Positions 8,901 to 19,816 of a stretch of 64,000 bases of DNA are shown piece after piece. Under the pieces are notes generated by a model that saw only the letters and a program-made list of their open reading frames with translations, did no database searches and was not told where the DNA came from. Source of the stretch: an uncultured Methanomassiliicoccales archaeon (GTDB lineage Archaea > Thermoplasmatota > Thermoplasmata > Methanomassiliicoccales > UBA472); the NCBI GenBank assembly GCA_963695345.1, contig OY968769.1, positions 1,824,001-1,888,000 on the forward strand, in the 5' to 3' direction. Each line of letters begins with the position of its first letter. The stretch's first letter is position 1. The position numbers were made by a program, and so were the translations under genes.

Positions 8901-9407
8901 CCGGAGGATTCAACGTCGACCTTTTCGGCTACCTTTCGGCTCCATCCTTGCTGTTTCGGGGGACGGCCTCCTATTCGTCCTGATACTGGCGGCGGTGCTG
9001 GGTTTCGCATTGGTGTTCTACAAGGAGCTGCTGCATATGACCTTCGACGAGCCCGGTGCCCGACTTGCCGGCGTTCCGGTCTCGCAGATGGATTTGGTGT
9101 TCAATATCGTGGTGGCCCTGACGGTTGTGATCTCCATCAAGATCGTCGGTTCTCTGCTGGTGTCATCCCTGCACATCATCCCGGCGGCTTTCGCGATGCA
9201 ACTGTCAAGATCATTCAAGGGAACAATGGTGGAGGGGCGTCATCTTCAGCATCGTTGCGCTCATCGATGGCTTTCTGGTGTCGTTCTTCTACGATGTGGC
9301 CACTGGCGGTGCGATCGTTTTGATCAGCGTGGTGATCTTCGCGCTATACGCCCTTCTGAGACGCTTCTTCTCCAGCGCGAAGACCTCGACAGACGTGGGA
9401 ACCTGTG
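8885..9407 (+). pseudogene. Metal ABC permease (ZnuB/MntB-like), 5'-truncated and frameshifted
   Basis: Across three frames: VDLFGYL/FGSILAV...TFDE..ARLAGV...KIVG.LLV..L.IIPAA...TGGAIV. Confidence 0.8.
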
Positions 9408-9652
9408 ACGACCGATCACGATCGGCTAGGTTCGAACTAGTCGATCGCAATCAAACCATTTTTGTAGCGTTTTATTAGATCATAATGCAAAATATTTCCA
9501 AATCTATGAAACAAAATTGCAATTAATTGCATAATAATAGTAATAAATTATCAATATCAACATGGATAAGCTCCCTTGATGTAACATTGTTGCGGAAAAA
9601 TACGATAATCATTATATATCCTTCAATACTAGTCATAATACGGGGAAAATAA

Positions 9653-10771
9653 ATGGGCCATGAAGAGCTATTTCCACCATGGGACATGAACTGGGCGGGA
9701 AACGCCTCAAAGAGATTCGCAAGCCCCTTCGTTGACAAGCCACACGACAGGATCGATGTCGATGCGTTCATGTCGTCGCATGCTGCCATAGCCTGCGGCC
9801 AGACTATCAAGGATTTCTACGAGAAACCGGAATTGGGAATCCACTGCGTGGGTTATGCGAACGAGATGTATGACCTGCTGCCGGTGACAAACTGGTTCTT
9901 CTCACTGCCATGGGTCACCGAACTCGGCCTGAAGCTCGAGTACAGGGACACCCAGCCGCCGGTCTCCACGGGGCCGATCTACTCGGAACCGGGCGAAATC
10001 GACCAAATGCACGTTCCTGACAAGCAGGAGCTTGAGAAAGGCTGGACGCTGCCTTTGTACAAAAGGATCTATGATTATGTTGAGAAGAACATGCCGCAGA
10101 CCCTGCTCCCTATCTCGTACGGATTCGATCTCTGCGGGGGAGCGGCCGAATTGGTGGGGGTGGAGAACTTCATAATGTGGACCTTCACGGAGCCCGAGGC
10201 GGCCATGAAGTTGGTCAGGAACTACACCATGACCGCAGTCAACGGCGCTGAGGCCTTGGCCGATGCCTATGGAACGGCCATGCTGGTGGTCGGGTCAGTG
10301 CTCGGCAACAACGATATCTTCTCCGATGGGGCGGTCAAGAAGTATTCCGCCGACAACATGAGGATGTTCGTCGACCAGGCTTTCAGAAAGGGGGCAGGGC
10401 CGCAGGTGTTCTATCACCTGTGCGGTAACCATCAGACCGACTACAAGGTCTTCAAGGACACGCTGGTATGGTCCCCTCTCAGCGTCACGCACATCGGATA
10501 TGATGGAAGGAACCCGTTCCCGTCCGCCAAGCTGAAAAGCGAGTTCGAGAGCGTCTCTACCTGCATGGGCTCGGTCGATACCAAGCTGATGATCAACCCG
10601 AACCAGAAGGCCGTCTATGACCAGGCGAAGGACCAGTTACTCGCCGGCCGCGACTCAAAGAAGGGATACATTCTAGGCACGTCCTGCGAGACGCCCCCCC
10701 ATACCCTGCCTGGAAACATCAGAGCACTGGTGAAAGCCGCCCAGGACTTCGGTACCTACGGAACATGGTGA
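9653..10771 (+). CDS. MtaA/CmuA-family methylcobamide:CoM methyltransferase (URO-D fold)
   Basis: HLCG and GYILGTSCE zinc-ligand motifs, MGSVDT. Confidence 0.8.
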   Translation: MGHEELFPPWDMNWAGNASKRFASPFVDKPHDRIDVDAFMSSHAAIACGQTIKDFYEKPELGIHCVGYANEMYDLLPVTNWFFSLPWVTELGLKLEYRDTQPPVSTGPIYSEPGEIDQMHVPDKQELEKGWTLPLYKRIYDYVEKNMPQTLLPISYGFDLCGGAAELVGVENFIMWTFTEPEAAMKLVRNYTMTAVNGAEALADAYGTAMLVVGSVLGNNDIFSDGAVKKYSADNMRMFVDQAFRKGAGPQVFYHLCGNHQTDYKVFKDTLVWSPLSVTHIGYDGRNPFPSAKLKSEFESVSTCMGSVDTKLMINPNQKAVYDQAKDQLLAGRDSKKGYILGTSCETPPHTLPGNIRALVKAAQDFGTYGTW

Positions 10772-10772
10772 G

Positions 10773-11238
10773 GTGACAAAGATGGAAGTCAGAACCGACG
10801 CGATCAGGGAATTGCTGGGTAGGAGAGGGATAAGGGAAGCGGACGTCGAGGACACGGTCAAGACCGCCGAATCATCTGGCGTGAAGGTTCAAGAAGGGCA
10901 ACGACAGCCTCGGAAAGAAGAGGATCGGGGAAGTGACCTTCTACGCATTATATGACATGCAGAGCGGGATCCTGAAGAAGTCCGCCACGGTCAAGACCGC
11001 ATATTCGCACCGCATGGAATTGGGTGATGTACAGAGCATCGGAGACCGGACCGACTGGGTCTGCGCTCACTGCAACGAGGCGGTCCATCAGGGCCAAGTG
11101 GACGTCACCTATTTGACGGTCAGCCGGTCGGCCCCGGCATTGGTCTGCCCGAAGTGCAAGGTGACTATGGTCGAGGAATACCTGGCCGTAAAGACCATGG
11201 CGGCGGCCGAGGGACTTTTCGAGAAGAAGCGGGCCTGA
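10773..11238 (+). CDS. DVU_1557-like CxxC redox protein, one frameshift near 10886
   Basis: Removing one G joins 10773 and 10933 ORFs (GVKFKKGNDSLGKKRIGEVTFY); WVCAHC...CPKC...EGLFEKK. Confidence 0.65.
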
Positions 11239-11295
11239 GCCAAACAAGGTTTGGCCGTGATGAACGGCCAATTGATGATCCAAGAGGCCGGCCGC

Positions 11296-11607
11296 TCAGC
11301 GGTTTCGGGTCTTCCCTACGCTGGTGTTGTAGTTGCTAACGATGTTGTTGACGTAGGTCGAGAGGTTCCTTTCCCCCGTGCGGTTCGCCACCCACTTTGG
11401 TTCTGCGATCAGTGGGAACTCGGCGTCGCAATGAATGCAGCGGGCATAACTGCAGTTGGTACCTGACTTCGGGCAGCCGACGCAGGCAATGGCCCTGGAC
11501 TGGAAAAGGCTGAAGCTCTTTCCGCATTTGGGGCAGACGATCTGCTTTGTTGTCCTCAACAACTGCGGAGTGACCCCTCCGCGGGCCATTTCCGGGGTCA
11601 GAACCAT
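11296..11607 (-). CDS. Cys-rich putative metal-binding protein
   Basis: CPKC, CVGC, C, CIHC. Confidence 0.75.
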   Translation of the reverse strand: MVLTPEMARGGVTPQLLRTTKQIVCPKCGKSFSLFQSRAIACVGCPKSGTNCSYARCIHCDAEFPLIAEPKWVANRTGERNLSTYVNNIVSNYNTSVGKTRNR

Positions 11608-12099
11608 TTGGAATCCTCATTCAACAAACCCAATCTCGCGTATTTAATGTCTGGCAACATCCGATTCGGTGTCCAGTCCATGCTTTGGACCCCTGGTTTC
11701 CTTCTCGCCGTCAATTAACGGTCCAACGATGCATGGCCTTGATGGTGATCGTGTCGATTTTTCTGTCACCAGAGCCTCATGCGTCATTAGGCTGTTGAAG
11801 GCGGATGGCATTTTAACATCATTCTCACTTGCCAGGCTGAAGTCACGGTCTCCGACGCAAGTATGCCGATCCCTCGTCCGCCTCAAACACCAACGGCACC
11901 AGGCCGAAGACCAGCGCTCGCTTACGTAACCGCTCAGAAAATGAACGATCTGGACCGCGTCGATTCTCGATAGCGATCATCATCTGGGCCATAGGGTTGA
12001 CCATTGCACGGGGCCTCGGCAAAGAGTTATCGGAGGCTGAACACATCGTGGTGCGTGCATCCCGTACGGTCAATGTTGTTCGCTTTGACCCGCCGAAGG

Positions 12100-13506
12100 T
12101 TGACCTCAGACAATCTGGACTCCGAATCAGAGAACCCGCTTGAGGAATGGATACACATGAAGGTCCGCCAGACATTGAGGGACCAAAAGGAGTTCCGACG
12201 GGAATTGGGCCGTAGCTCCCTATCCGAGGTCAGCCGGGAAGACCTCCGGTGCTATCAGATGTTCAAGTTCCGCAAGCTGATGCGATACGTCGACCAGAAC
12301 AGCGTCTACTACCATAAGGTCATGGCCGACAATGGATTGACCCCGGGCTCGTTCCGGGAGTTCGAGGACCTGGTCCGTTTCCCCATTACCGAACCGGCGG
12401 CGCTGGCCGCGGAACCTTTCCACTTTCTTTGTGTCCCCCAGTCCAAAGTGATGCGTGTCTTCTCGACCTCAGGCACATCCGGTCAGAAGAAGCGCTTGTT
12501 CTACACCAAGGAAGACATCCTGAATATCGTTGATGCCATCTCCGCCGCCCTGAAGAATGTCGGGCTGAGGGAGAAGGAGACGCTTCAGATAATGTTCCCA
12601 GCGGTCACCGCCTGGGACCCCGGACTGATGTTGGAGGGCGCCTGCAAAGTGGCCGGCCTGAACGCTGTCCTCTGCAGCTCCATCGATATCGATCTTCAGG
12701 TGGGGACGATGCGTAAGAGCGGGACCAGGATGATGATCGGGCTGACCTCGTTCATATACCGGTTTACGATGCTGGCCCGGGATAGGCACGACCTCAGGTC
12801 CCTGGGGATCAAAGCCATCATATGTTCCTCGGAACCACTCTCCGGGGCGATGCGCAGGGAGATCGAGTCGGCCTGGGGGTGCAAGGCCTTCACCCAATAC
12901 GGTATGACGGAGATGGGGCTGGCAACTGCCATCGAATGTACCGCGCAGGACGGCATCCATGTCGATGAGGCGGACTATCTGGTGGAATGCGTCGATCCAG
13001 AAACTGGTCAACAGCTATCGGACAGAAAGGAAGGCGAGCTGGTGTGGACCAGCCTGAACATGGGTGGGAGCCCGCTCCTCCGTTATCGGTCCTTTGACCT
13101 GAGCTGCTACATCCCGCCTCCATGTGGCTGCGGCTTTCGGACGGTGGGCAAGATCGGCAAACCCAAGGGAAGGACCGATCAGACCATCAAGTTCGGGTCC
13201 GGGGAGAAGGTATCCCCTTATCTGTTCGACGAGGCCATCGGATCCGTGCCTGGCGTGGTGTCCCATCAGGTGGTGATCGACCGGCCATCCTTCCGCGACC
13301 GCCTCACCGTTACGGTCGAGCTTGTCGGCGATCGTGAGACAGCTGGACAGCTGCTTGGGGAAAGGATCATGGGCATCCCCGAGGTCCGGTCGAGCCTGGA
13401 GAACGACCTCATGGAACCGCCAGTGATCATCGTGGTAGGCGTCAGGCCCGAATTCGTGCTCAATAAGCGGACCCTTGTGGACAAAAGGGAGCTGTACGAC
13501 CGTTGA
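12100..13506 (+). CDS. Phenylacetate-CoA ligase family (DVU_1553-like) AMP-dependent ligase; start uncertain
   Basis: STSGTSG, QYGMTE, PLLRYRSFD, GRTD. Confidence 0.85.
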   Translation: MTSDNLDSESENPLEEWIHMKVRQTLRDQKEFRRELGRSSLSEVSREDLRCYQMFKFRKLMRYVDQNSVYYHKVMADNGLTPGSFREFEDLVRFPITEPAALAAEPFHFLCVPQSKVMRVFSTSGTSGQKKRLFYTKEDILNIVDAISAALKNVGLREKETLQIMFPAVTAWDPGLMLEGACKVAGLNAVLCSSIDIDLQVGTMRKSGTRMMIGLTSFIYRFTMLARDRHDLRSLGIKAIICSSEPLSGAMRREIESAWGCKAFTQYGMTEMGLATAIECTAQDGIHVDEADYLVECVDPETGQQLSDRKEGELVWTSLNMGGSPLLRYRSFDLSCYIPPPCGCGFRTVGKIGKPKGRTDQTIKFGSGEKVSPYLFDEAIGSVPGVVSHQVVIDRPSFRDRLTVTVELVGDRETAGQLLGERIMGIPEVRSSLENDLMEPPVIIVVGVRPEFVLNKRTLVDKRELYDR

Positions 13507-13572
13507 GACAGGTATCTTAACTATTTTTCACCAAGGATTAATTAAGGCGTTGTTGTTCGCATGAGGGACAAC

Positions 13573-14163
13573 ATGAAAGCGGGAGTGATATCGGTCCAAG
13601 GGGCGGCACCCGAGCACATCGCGGCCTTGAAGGTAGCGATGGCCAACATCGGAGTCTCTGGGGAGGCCGTCACGGTCAGGAAGGCAAAGGACCTGGAAGG
13701 GGTCTCCTGCCTCGTCATTCCCGGTGGTGAGAGCACCACCATCTCCAAGCTCCTGCGCCGTTTCGACCTATTCGATCGCATCATCGACCTGGCGAACGAG
13801 GGGCTGCCGATAATGGGGACCTGCGCTGGATGCGTCCTGCTGTCCAAGGAAGGGGACGAGCAGGTGGAGAGGACGGAAACCGAGTTGCTCAAGCTCATGG
13901 ACATGGCGGTCGACCGGAATGCTTTCGGCAGGCAGCGGGAATCGTTCGAGGACCTGCTGAACATCAAGGGGCTCGATTCTCCCTATCCCGCGGTATTCAT
14001 CAGGGCACCGCTGATAACCAGGGTCTGGAACAAGTGCGAGCCGCTGGCCATGCATTCGTCATCCGTCGTCATGGCGAAACAGGACAACCTGCTTGCGTTG
14101 TCGTTCCATCCGGAGCTGTCCGACGACACTCGGATACACGAGATGCTGCTTAGAATGGTCTGA
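13573..14163 (+). CDS. pdxT: PLP synthase glutaminase subunit
   Basis: PGGESTT, GTCAG, RNAFGRQRESF, FIRAP, FHPE. Confidence 0.96.
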   Translation: MKAGVISVQGAAPEHIAALKVAMANIGVSGEAVTVRKAKDLEGVSCLVIPGGESTTISKLLRRFDLFDRIIDLANEGLPIMGTCAGCVLLSKEGDEQVERTETELLKLMDMAVDRNAFGRQRESFEDLLNIKGLDSPYPAVFIRAPLITRVWNKCEPLAMHSSSVVMAKQDNLLALSFHPELSDDTRIHEMLLRMV

Positions 14164-14193
14164 CCGGAGATCGGTCAGGATACGGCGGACCTG

Positions 14194-14970
14194 TCACCAC
14201 ACGTCCTTTTTTCTTGGAGAAGAGTTATTCCAGGTCAGCCCTTTGACCGCCTGGATGATGGCCTTGAGCTTTTCCTGGTAATCGCCGTTCTCGACCACGG
14301 TGCCGGTCACTATGATGTTCGCCCCGGCCTCTCTCACCATGGCCGCCTGCTCCGGCTCCCGGATGCCTCCGCCGATGATGAGCGGGACGGTGATGTTCTT
14401 CCGTACCTCGCTGATGATCTCTCCAGGGACCGGCGACGGGGCACCGCTGCCAGCCTCCAGATATACCAGTTGCATGCCCATGTACTCCGCGGCCAAGGCA
14501 TAGGAAACGGCCGACTTGGGATCGTTGCGCTTGACCACGTTGGCCTCCCCGACCTCTCCCACCTTCATCCCAGGCTCCACGATGATGTATCCCATGGATA
14601 TGGGCTCGATGCCCAGCTTCTTGACGATCCGGGAAGCGGCCACCTGTTCTCCGATGATCATCTTGACATTGCGGCTGTTCAGCATGCTCATGAAGTAGAT
14701 GGCATCGCTATGGGCGGAGATGGCATGAGCCCCGCTGGGAAAGTAGATCACCGGCAGCTTGGTGCTCTTCTTGATGGCCAGAATGGTGGCGTCCAGGTTC
14801 TCCTGGGTGATGCCGGTGGAACCGCCGACCATGATCGCGTCGGTGCCGAACCGGTCTGCCGAAGCGGCAATCTCCCCGGCCTGCTCTGGCTCCTGCTTGG
14901 CGGGGTCGATAAGTGTCATGTGCAGGGTCCCTTTCTTGACCTTTTCCCGAAGATACTCTATGACTTTCAT
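14194..14970 (-). CDS. Geranylgeranylglyceryl phosphate synthase
   Basis: LIDP, IMVGGS, YLEAGSG, GGGIR; the true stop may be 14235 if one G is extra. Confidence 0.93.
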   Translation of the reverse strand: MKVIEYLREKVKKGTLHMTLIDPAKQEPEQAGEIAASADRFGTDAIMVGGSTGITQENLDATILAIKKSTKLPVIYFPSGAHAISAHSDAIYFMSMLNSRNVKMIIGEQVAASRIVKKLGIEPISMGYIIVEPGMKVGEVGEANVVKRNDPKSAVSYALAAEYMGMQLVYLEAGSGAPSPVPGEIISEVRKNITVPLIIGGGIREPEQAAMVREAGANIIVTGTVVENGDYQEKLKAIIQAVKGLTWNNSSPRKKDVW

Positions 14971-15782
14971 TGGATTCCTCCTACTAGGAAGGCCACTAGG
15001 GCGACCAGCATGCCGTACTTAGCGAACTGCTGACCCCTGGTCGGATTTCGAAAATGAACTATGGAACAGTATATAAATATTGCATCGGCGACCAGGACCA
15101 CCAACAGATATCCACTGCCGAACATTTCGGTCAGGTAAGGGAACGGGCTCAAGGCCACCGCCACAACGAAGGCGACGCTGCCGACTATGCCCGCGTTCCT
15201 CTTGCCGATCCGCTTCGGAAGCGTGTTGCGGTCGAAATCCCCTTCCATGTCCTGGATGTCCTTGACGATCTCCCTTCCGATCGTGGCCAGGCCTGCCATG
15301 AGTGCGATTATGATCGTCTTATCGATCATTCCCACGACCGAGCCTCCGAAGACGAACAGCATACCAGTCAGCACACCTATGGTGATGTTTCCGGAGAATC
15401 CCTTCTTCTTCGTGCTGAGCTCATAGGTCAGCATCAACGCCATCGCCACCACCACGACGAGCGTTGCCTCGATCCTGAGGAAGAAGGACGCCACCAGGGA
15501 AGCGGAGAAGCAGTAGATGGCGACGGTCCTTGCCGTGCTCGGTTTGACCCGCCCGGAGGGTACAGGGCGTTCTGGGTGGGCGATCTTGTCCACCTCACGG
15601 TCCATGTAGTCGTTCAGGGAATTGCCCGCGGCAACGAAGAAGAATACCACCAGGGCAGCAGGAATAAGGTCTGCCCAGTAATTCGCTATCGAGGTGCCCG
15701 TGGCTATCAGAACGCTCATCAGGAGCCCGACGATACCCATCAGGCAGTTGCCCAATCGGAACAACTGGACTATCCGGTTCAC
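14967..15782 (-). CDS. Digeranylgeranylglyceryl phosphate synthase (UbiA family)
   Basis: NDYMDREVD...RPVPSG, REIVKDIQDMEGD; overlaps GGGPS start. Confidence 0.92.
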   Translation of the reverse strand: MNRIVQLFRLGNCLMGIVGLLMSVLIATGTSIANYWADLIPAALVVFFFVAAGNSLNDYMDREVDKIAHPERPVPSGRVKPSTARTVAIYCFSASLVASFFLRIEATLVVVVAMALMLTYELSTKKKGFSGNITIGVLTGMLFVFGGSVVGMIDKTIIIALMAGLATIGREIVKDIQDMEGDFDRNTLPKRIGKRNAGIVGSVAFVVAVALSPFPYLTEMFGSGYLLVVLVADAIFIYCSIVHFRNPTRGQQFAKYGMLVALVAFLVGGIQ

Positions 15783-15917
15783 GTCGCAGGATTGGGATTG
15801 GGCTAATTAATGCTTGCTCCATGGCGCAATGGGCAAAATGACCGCTCAGGTCGCCCTTGGTCGATCCTATCTCTGTCAGGAAAATCCTTTTATTCATTCG
15901 GCTCAGAGGCACTATTC

Positions 15918-16100
15918 ATGAGAGAGTGCATGAAGTGTGGCGAGGTCACTGATTCGGGAGAACGCATTTGCGCAAATGCGGCAGCAAGGAATTCATTGTC
16001 AAAAAGGACTCAGAGACCGTCCGATGCCCGATCGTGCGGGATGTATAGTGATAGGGATAAAGGCGAATGCGAGGAGTGCGGTGCACATTTACATAGTTAA
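15918..16100 (+). CDS. Double zinc-ribbon protein with two compensating frameshifts
   Basis: Corrected reading CMKCG..CAKCG..CPSCG..CEECG; indels near 15975 and 16031. Confidence 0.6.
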   Translation: MRECMKCGEVTDSGERICANAAARNSLSKRTQRPSDARSCGMYSDRDKGECEECGAHLHS

Positions 16101-16179
16101 GGCAAGAGGCCAGGCCACTTTCCGTCCATGTGTTGTTATTACGAAAATGTTAATATGAGCACTCTTGATAGGGGCGTTC

Positions 16180-17625
16180 ATGGTCCCCACGGACGTGGCG
16201 GCGGAGATCGAACTCCTCAGGGCGATGGTCGGCAAGTACTTCCCGATCTACGACGTCAAGGTCAATGCCCAGTCGGTGCAGATATTCATCAGTCCCGACC
16301 CTGCCACGCTGGAAGTCAAATTCGATGGCATGCGCAGGGAGATGAACGAACAGAAGTTCATCCCGTTTCTCTCCCACGCGGGCGGGGAATACACAATCAC
16401 CGTAGTGAGAAAGAACGAGCGCAACCGGATAGGGATATGGACGAACCTCTTCCTGCTCGGGATCACCTCCGTGACCACGGTGCTCGCTGGGGCTTTCCTG
16501 TGGGCTGCCTACATCAACGCGTCCAACTTCCTCACCCTGGAGATATTTGCCATGGGTGCCCTGTTCTTCGCCATCCCACTGATGACGATTCTTGGCGTTC
16601 ACGAATTTGCCCATTACATTGCCGCCAAAAGGCACGGCGTGGCGGCATCATTGCCGTTCTTCATTCCGTCGATCCCGCCGCTCGGGACCTTTGGCGCGTT
16701 CATCTCTATACGCGACCCGATTCCGAACCGCAAAGCCTTGGTGGACATCGGCATCTCCGGTCCCATCGCCGGACTGCTGGTCGCCGTTCCTGTATTCCTG
16801 TTCGGCATGGTGCTGACACAACAGTCGCCCCATTACATCACCGGGGGGACCGGAGGACTGGCGGGAACAATGGCGTCGATGCTATCCTATGCCCTGTCCC
16901 AGTTCTTTCCCATATCGGGGAACGTCATCATGCATCCGTTGGCATTTGCCGGTTGGGTCGGTCTGTTCGTGACTGCCATAAACCTGCTGCCCGCCGGTCA
17001 ACTGGATGGAGGGCATGTTGCCCGCGGCCTTCTGGGGGATAAATCGCGGTATCTCAGCTACATAACCGTAGCGACGCTCTTCTTTCTCGGGGTCACGGTC
17101 TACTCCGGCTGGCTCCTGTTCGCGGTCCTTATATTCTTCCTCGGCCTGAGGCATCCCGCGCCGCTCAACGACCTAACCAAGCTAGGTGCCAGGAGGACAA
17201 TCCTGGGGGCGATCGGAATAGCGCTGCTGGTGGTGACGTTCGTGCCGGTGCCCATTTCCGTGGAGCCGAGCGACCATAGTTTCACCATGCAGATCATCGG
17301 TGCTGATAACGCTACGATCATGCCGGGCCAGACCGCAGATTTCTACATCTGGGTCAACAACACCGGCAACATCAATGAAACGATCACGGTGAACCTGCAG
17401 GCCTGGGAGGGGCTGGCGGCTTATGTATACACGGACCATGCCATCTCCGGGAATGGGACATCACAATTGATCTACAATCTTCCCTACCAAGGAAACTCGA
17501 CCGTGATGGTGAGGGCCACGGCATTGTCCTCCGCCCAGCCGGTCACACGGACCCTACCAGTATTCGCAGAGAGCGACCCTCTGTTCCAGAGGCAGTTCAA
17601 CCTGACCGTGTCTATTTCCTTGTGA
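16180..17625 (+). CDS. Site-2 protease (M50) with C-terminal Ig-like extension
   Basis: HEFAH, GPIAG, NLLPAGQLDGG. Confidence 0.92.
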   Translation: MVPTDVAAEIELLRAMVGKYFPIYDVKVNAQSVQIFISPDPATLEVKFDGMRREMNEQKFIPFLSHAGGEYTITVVRKNERNRIGIWTNLFLLGITSVTTVLAGAFLWAAYINASNFLTLEIFAMGALFFAIPLMTILGVHEFAHYIAAKRHGVAASLPFFIPSIPPLGTFGAFISIRDPIPNRKALVDIGISGPIAGLLVAVPVFLFGMVLTQQSPHYITGGTGGLAGTMASMLSYALSQFFPISGNVIMHPLAFAGWVGLFVTAINLLPAGQLDGGHVARGLLGDKSRYLSYITVATLFFLGVTVYSGWLLFAVLIFFLGLRHPAPLNDLTKLGARRTILGAIGIALLVVTFVPVPISVEPSDHSFTMQIIGADNATIMPGQTADFYIWVNNTGNINETITVNLQAWEGLAAYVYTDHAISGNGTSQLIYNLPYQGNSTVMVRATALSSAQPVTRTLPVFAESDPLFQRQFNLTVSISL

Positions 17626-18634
17626 AAACGAAATAGTGCCGGGAAAGTGATCGATGTACTCTCTGGATATGTGATTCGGTTTGCATCAGTTCATCCCTGG
17701 GATGGTCCAGGGGTGCCGGGAACACCACTCCTACTCTCCCGCCCGATCTCACCGCATCCACAAAGGCGTCCATTGCTCTGCCGTAGAGGGATGATTTGCC
17801 CTCCTTCCACAGGCTGGCAGAACGTCCATAGGGCGGGTCGGTGGCCACAACGTCAACTTTGCCGAAGACGCTGGCAATGTCACCGATGTCCGATGCGTCT
17901 ATCCTTTCGAACGAGGCTTGGAAATGGTTCAGGTTCGCGACGCATCCGTTTACCATGTCCTCGGCGATGTCTGAACCCAACACCTTCGCTCCGATCATCG
18001 ACGCCTCGATCAGAATTCCTCCAGTGCCGCAAAAAGGGTCGAGTACCGTTTGTCCTTTCCTGACTCGGGTAAGGTTAACCAGCGTCCTTGCGTAACGCGG
18101 ATGCAACGATACCGGGGAGAAGAACGGACGTTCGCCTACCTTCCTGATATCGAATTGCTTGCGGTCGATCTCGAAGTCGCCGATGTAGAAATGGAGCCGG
18201 TCGGAGACCAGGATGCGTATCGGAACGTCTGGTCTTTCCAGGTCCACGGCCCGGCCTCGGGTCAGGATGCCTCCGCATTTCCTCACCAGTGAGGGCATGT
18301 CCACCTCCATCTGGGATTTCTCGACCCTTTTCGCCCGGACGGAAACGCTGCCCTCCGGAATCGGCAGGTCAGAAAGGAACCTTTCGATCTCAGGCAGATC
18401 GCATGCTCCTAGGTATCTGCCGATCCGGTGGGTGAGCGCGATCCGGGCGGCAATGGCGGAAACATGCGACCGGTCGAAACCGATGATCTCGTATCCGCCT
18501 CCCGAACCTAATCTCGTGAAGGTCCCGGACTCGGCCTCGACGCAGGCTACCGCCTCTGCCTGCGGAAGGGTGGGATGCTCCCCCGAAAGCTCAAAAAGGA
18601 AGGGGGAGTGATTGGTGTTTACGGGTTCGGTCAT
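17612..18634 (-). CDS. tRNA (guanine-10-N2) methyltransferase, THUMP + MTase (Trm11/TrmG10)
   Basis: [38 protein letters not shown]. Confidence 0.9.
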   Translation of the reverse strand: MTEPVNTNHSPFLFELSGEHPTLPQAEAVACVEAESGTFTRLGSGGGYEIIGFDRSHVSAIAARIALTHRIGRYLGACDLPEIERFLSDLPIPEGSVSVRAKRVEKSQMEVDMPSLVRKCGGILTRGRAVDLERPDVPIRILVSDRLHFYIGDFEIDRKQFDIRKVGERPFFSPVSLHPRYARTLVNLTRVRKGQTVLDPFCGTGGILIEASMIGAKVLGSDIAEDMVNGCVANLNHFQASFERIDASDIGDIASVFGKVDVVATDPPYGRSASLWKEGKSSLYGRAMDAFVDAVRSGGRVGVVFPAPLDHPRDELMQTESHIQRVHRSLSRHYFVFTRK

Positions 18635-18653
18635 CGGATGCCTTGGTCAAGCA

Positions 18654-19597
18654 TCAGTCCCTTATACCTTCTTCTGAGACGGTGATCACGCACTCCGCCT
18701 CGGGCAGGTTCGGGGAATCGATGAGCCTGGCGATACGTTTGCCGCCCTTGCTCTTCCTCAGATATACTCTGAAGGTCGAGGCATGACCGACAATGTGTCC
18801 CCCTACGGGTCTGGTCGGGTCCCCGAAGAACGCGTCCGGTTTGGCCGCCACTTGGTTCGTGACCGCGATCACCGCGTTGCTGACATCGCCGAAGCGCAGC
18901 AGGTCGTGCATGTGCTTGTTCAGCAGACCCTGTCTTTCCGCCAAGGGTTCCCCTGCCGACATATTCGGAACGGAAATGGGCGGTCAGTGAGTCGACGATC
19001 AGGAGTCTGACGGGGGTCTTGACGGCCATTTCAGCGGCCTTTTCCACCAATAGCATCTGGTGCGATGAGTTGAAGGCCCTTGCCACATGTATCCTCTGCA
19101 ACGTTTCCATCGGGTCCACGCCTTGGGCATTGGCGATCTGGACTATCCTCTCCGGACGGAACGTGTTCTCGGTGTCGATGATGACGACGTCCCCGTCCAG
19201 CCCGCCCTTTTCGATCGGCATGGTGGCGTTCACGGCCAGCTGGAACATCATCTGGGTCTTCCCGCTCCCGAACTCGCCGAAGAACTCATGTATGGCCTGG
19301 GATTCAAGTCCCCCGCCAAGCAGTTCATCGAAAGCTTTCGATGAGGAGGTGAGCCTTTTCAGGTTCTTCCTTCTCTCCAGTATCGTCGTCCCCGGACTCG
19401 AATCCACCGACCTCGGCCGCCTCCTTCGCGGCGGCGATGATCTTCGCAGCGGTCGCCTCTCCGATCTCGCAGACCTCTGCGAGGACCTTAGGGTTCTCCA
19501 CCGCGATCGACATAAGATCTTGATATCCGGCATCACGCAGCTTCTCGGCAGTTGCGGGTCCTACTCCAGGCAACTCTTCTATCTTCTTCTCAGCCAT
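18654..19597 (-). CDS. radA: DNA repair and recombination protein RadA; two +1 frameshifts, probably sequence errors
   Basis: LPGVG Hh[19 protein letters not shown]; extra bases at 19390-19393 and 18945-18947. Confidence 0.93.
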
Positions 19598-19816
19598 TGA
19601 TGCACCTACCTCTGCTAATGCCACCCCTATTTAAAAGGGTGATGACGGGTTGTCCGAAAGTACCTGACACTTTCATGGATTCCAGAATTCATTTTGAATC
19701 AGATATATCATGCCAATACAGGCAGCATTCAGGTCATTAAGGCGGTCCGTTGTCAGTATGGCAATCAATATAGCCAAGTCAAAAGATGGAAAAGGGTTTG
19801 CCTTGGGCCAGGTGTT

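Noticed and set aside
11644-12090. Overlapping short ORFs between the Cys-rich gene and the CoA ligase
   Set aside because: No recognisable motifs; cannot support a gene or pseudogene call
18654-19597. Programmed frameshifting or an intein in radA
   Set aside because: Only single extra bases in short homopolymers, no inserted domain, and similar indels in unrelated neighbours
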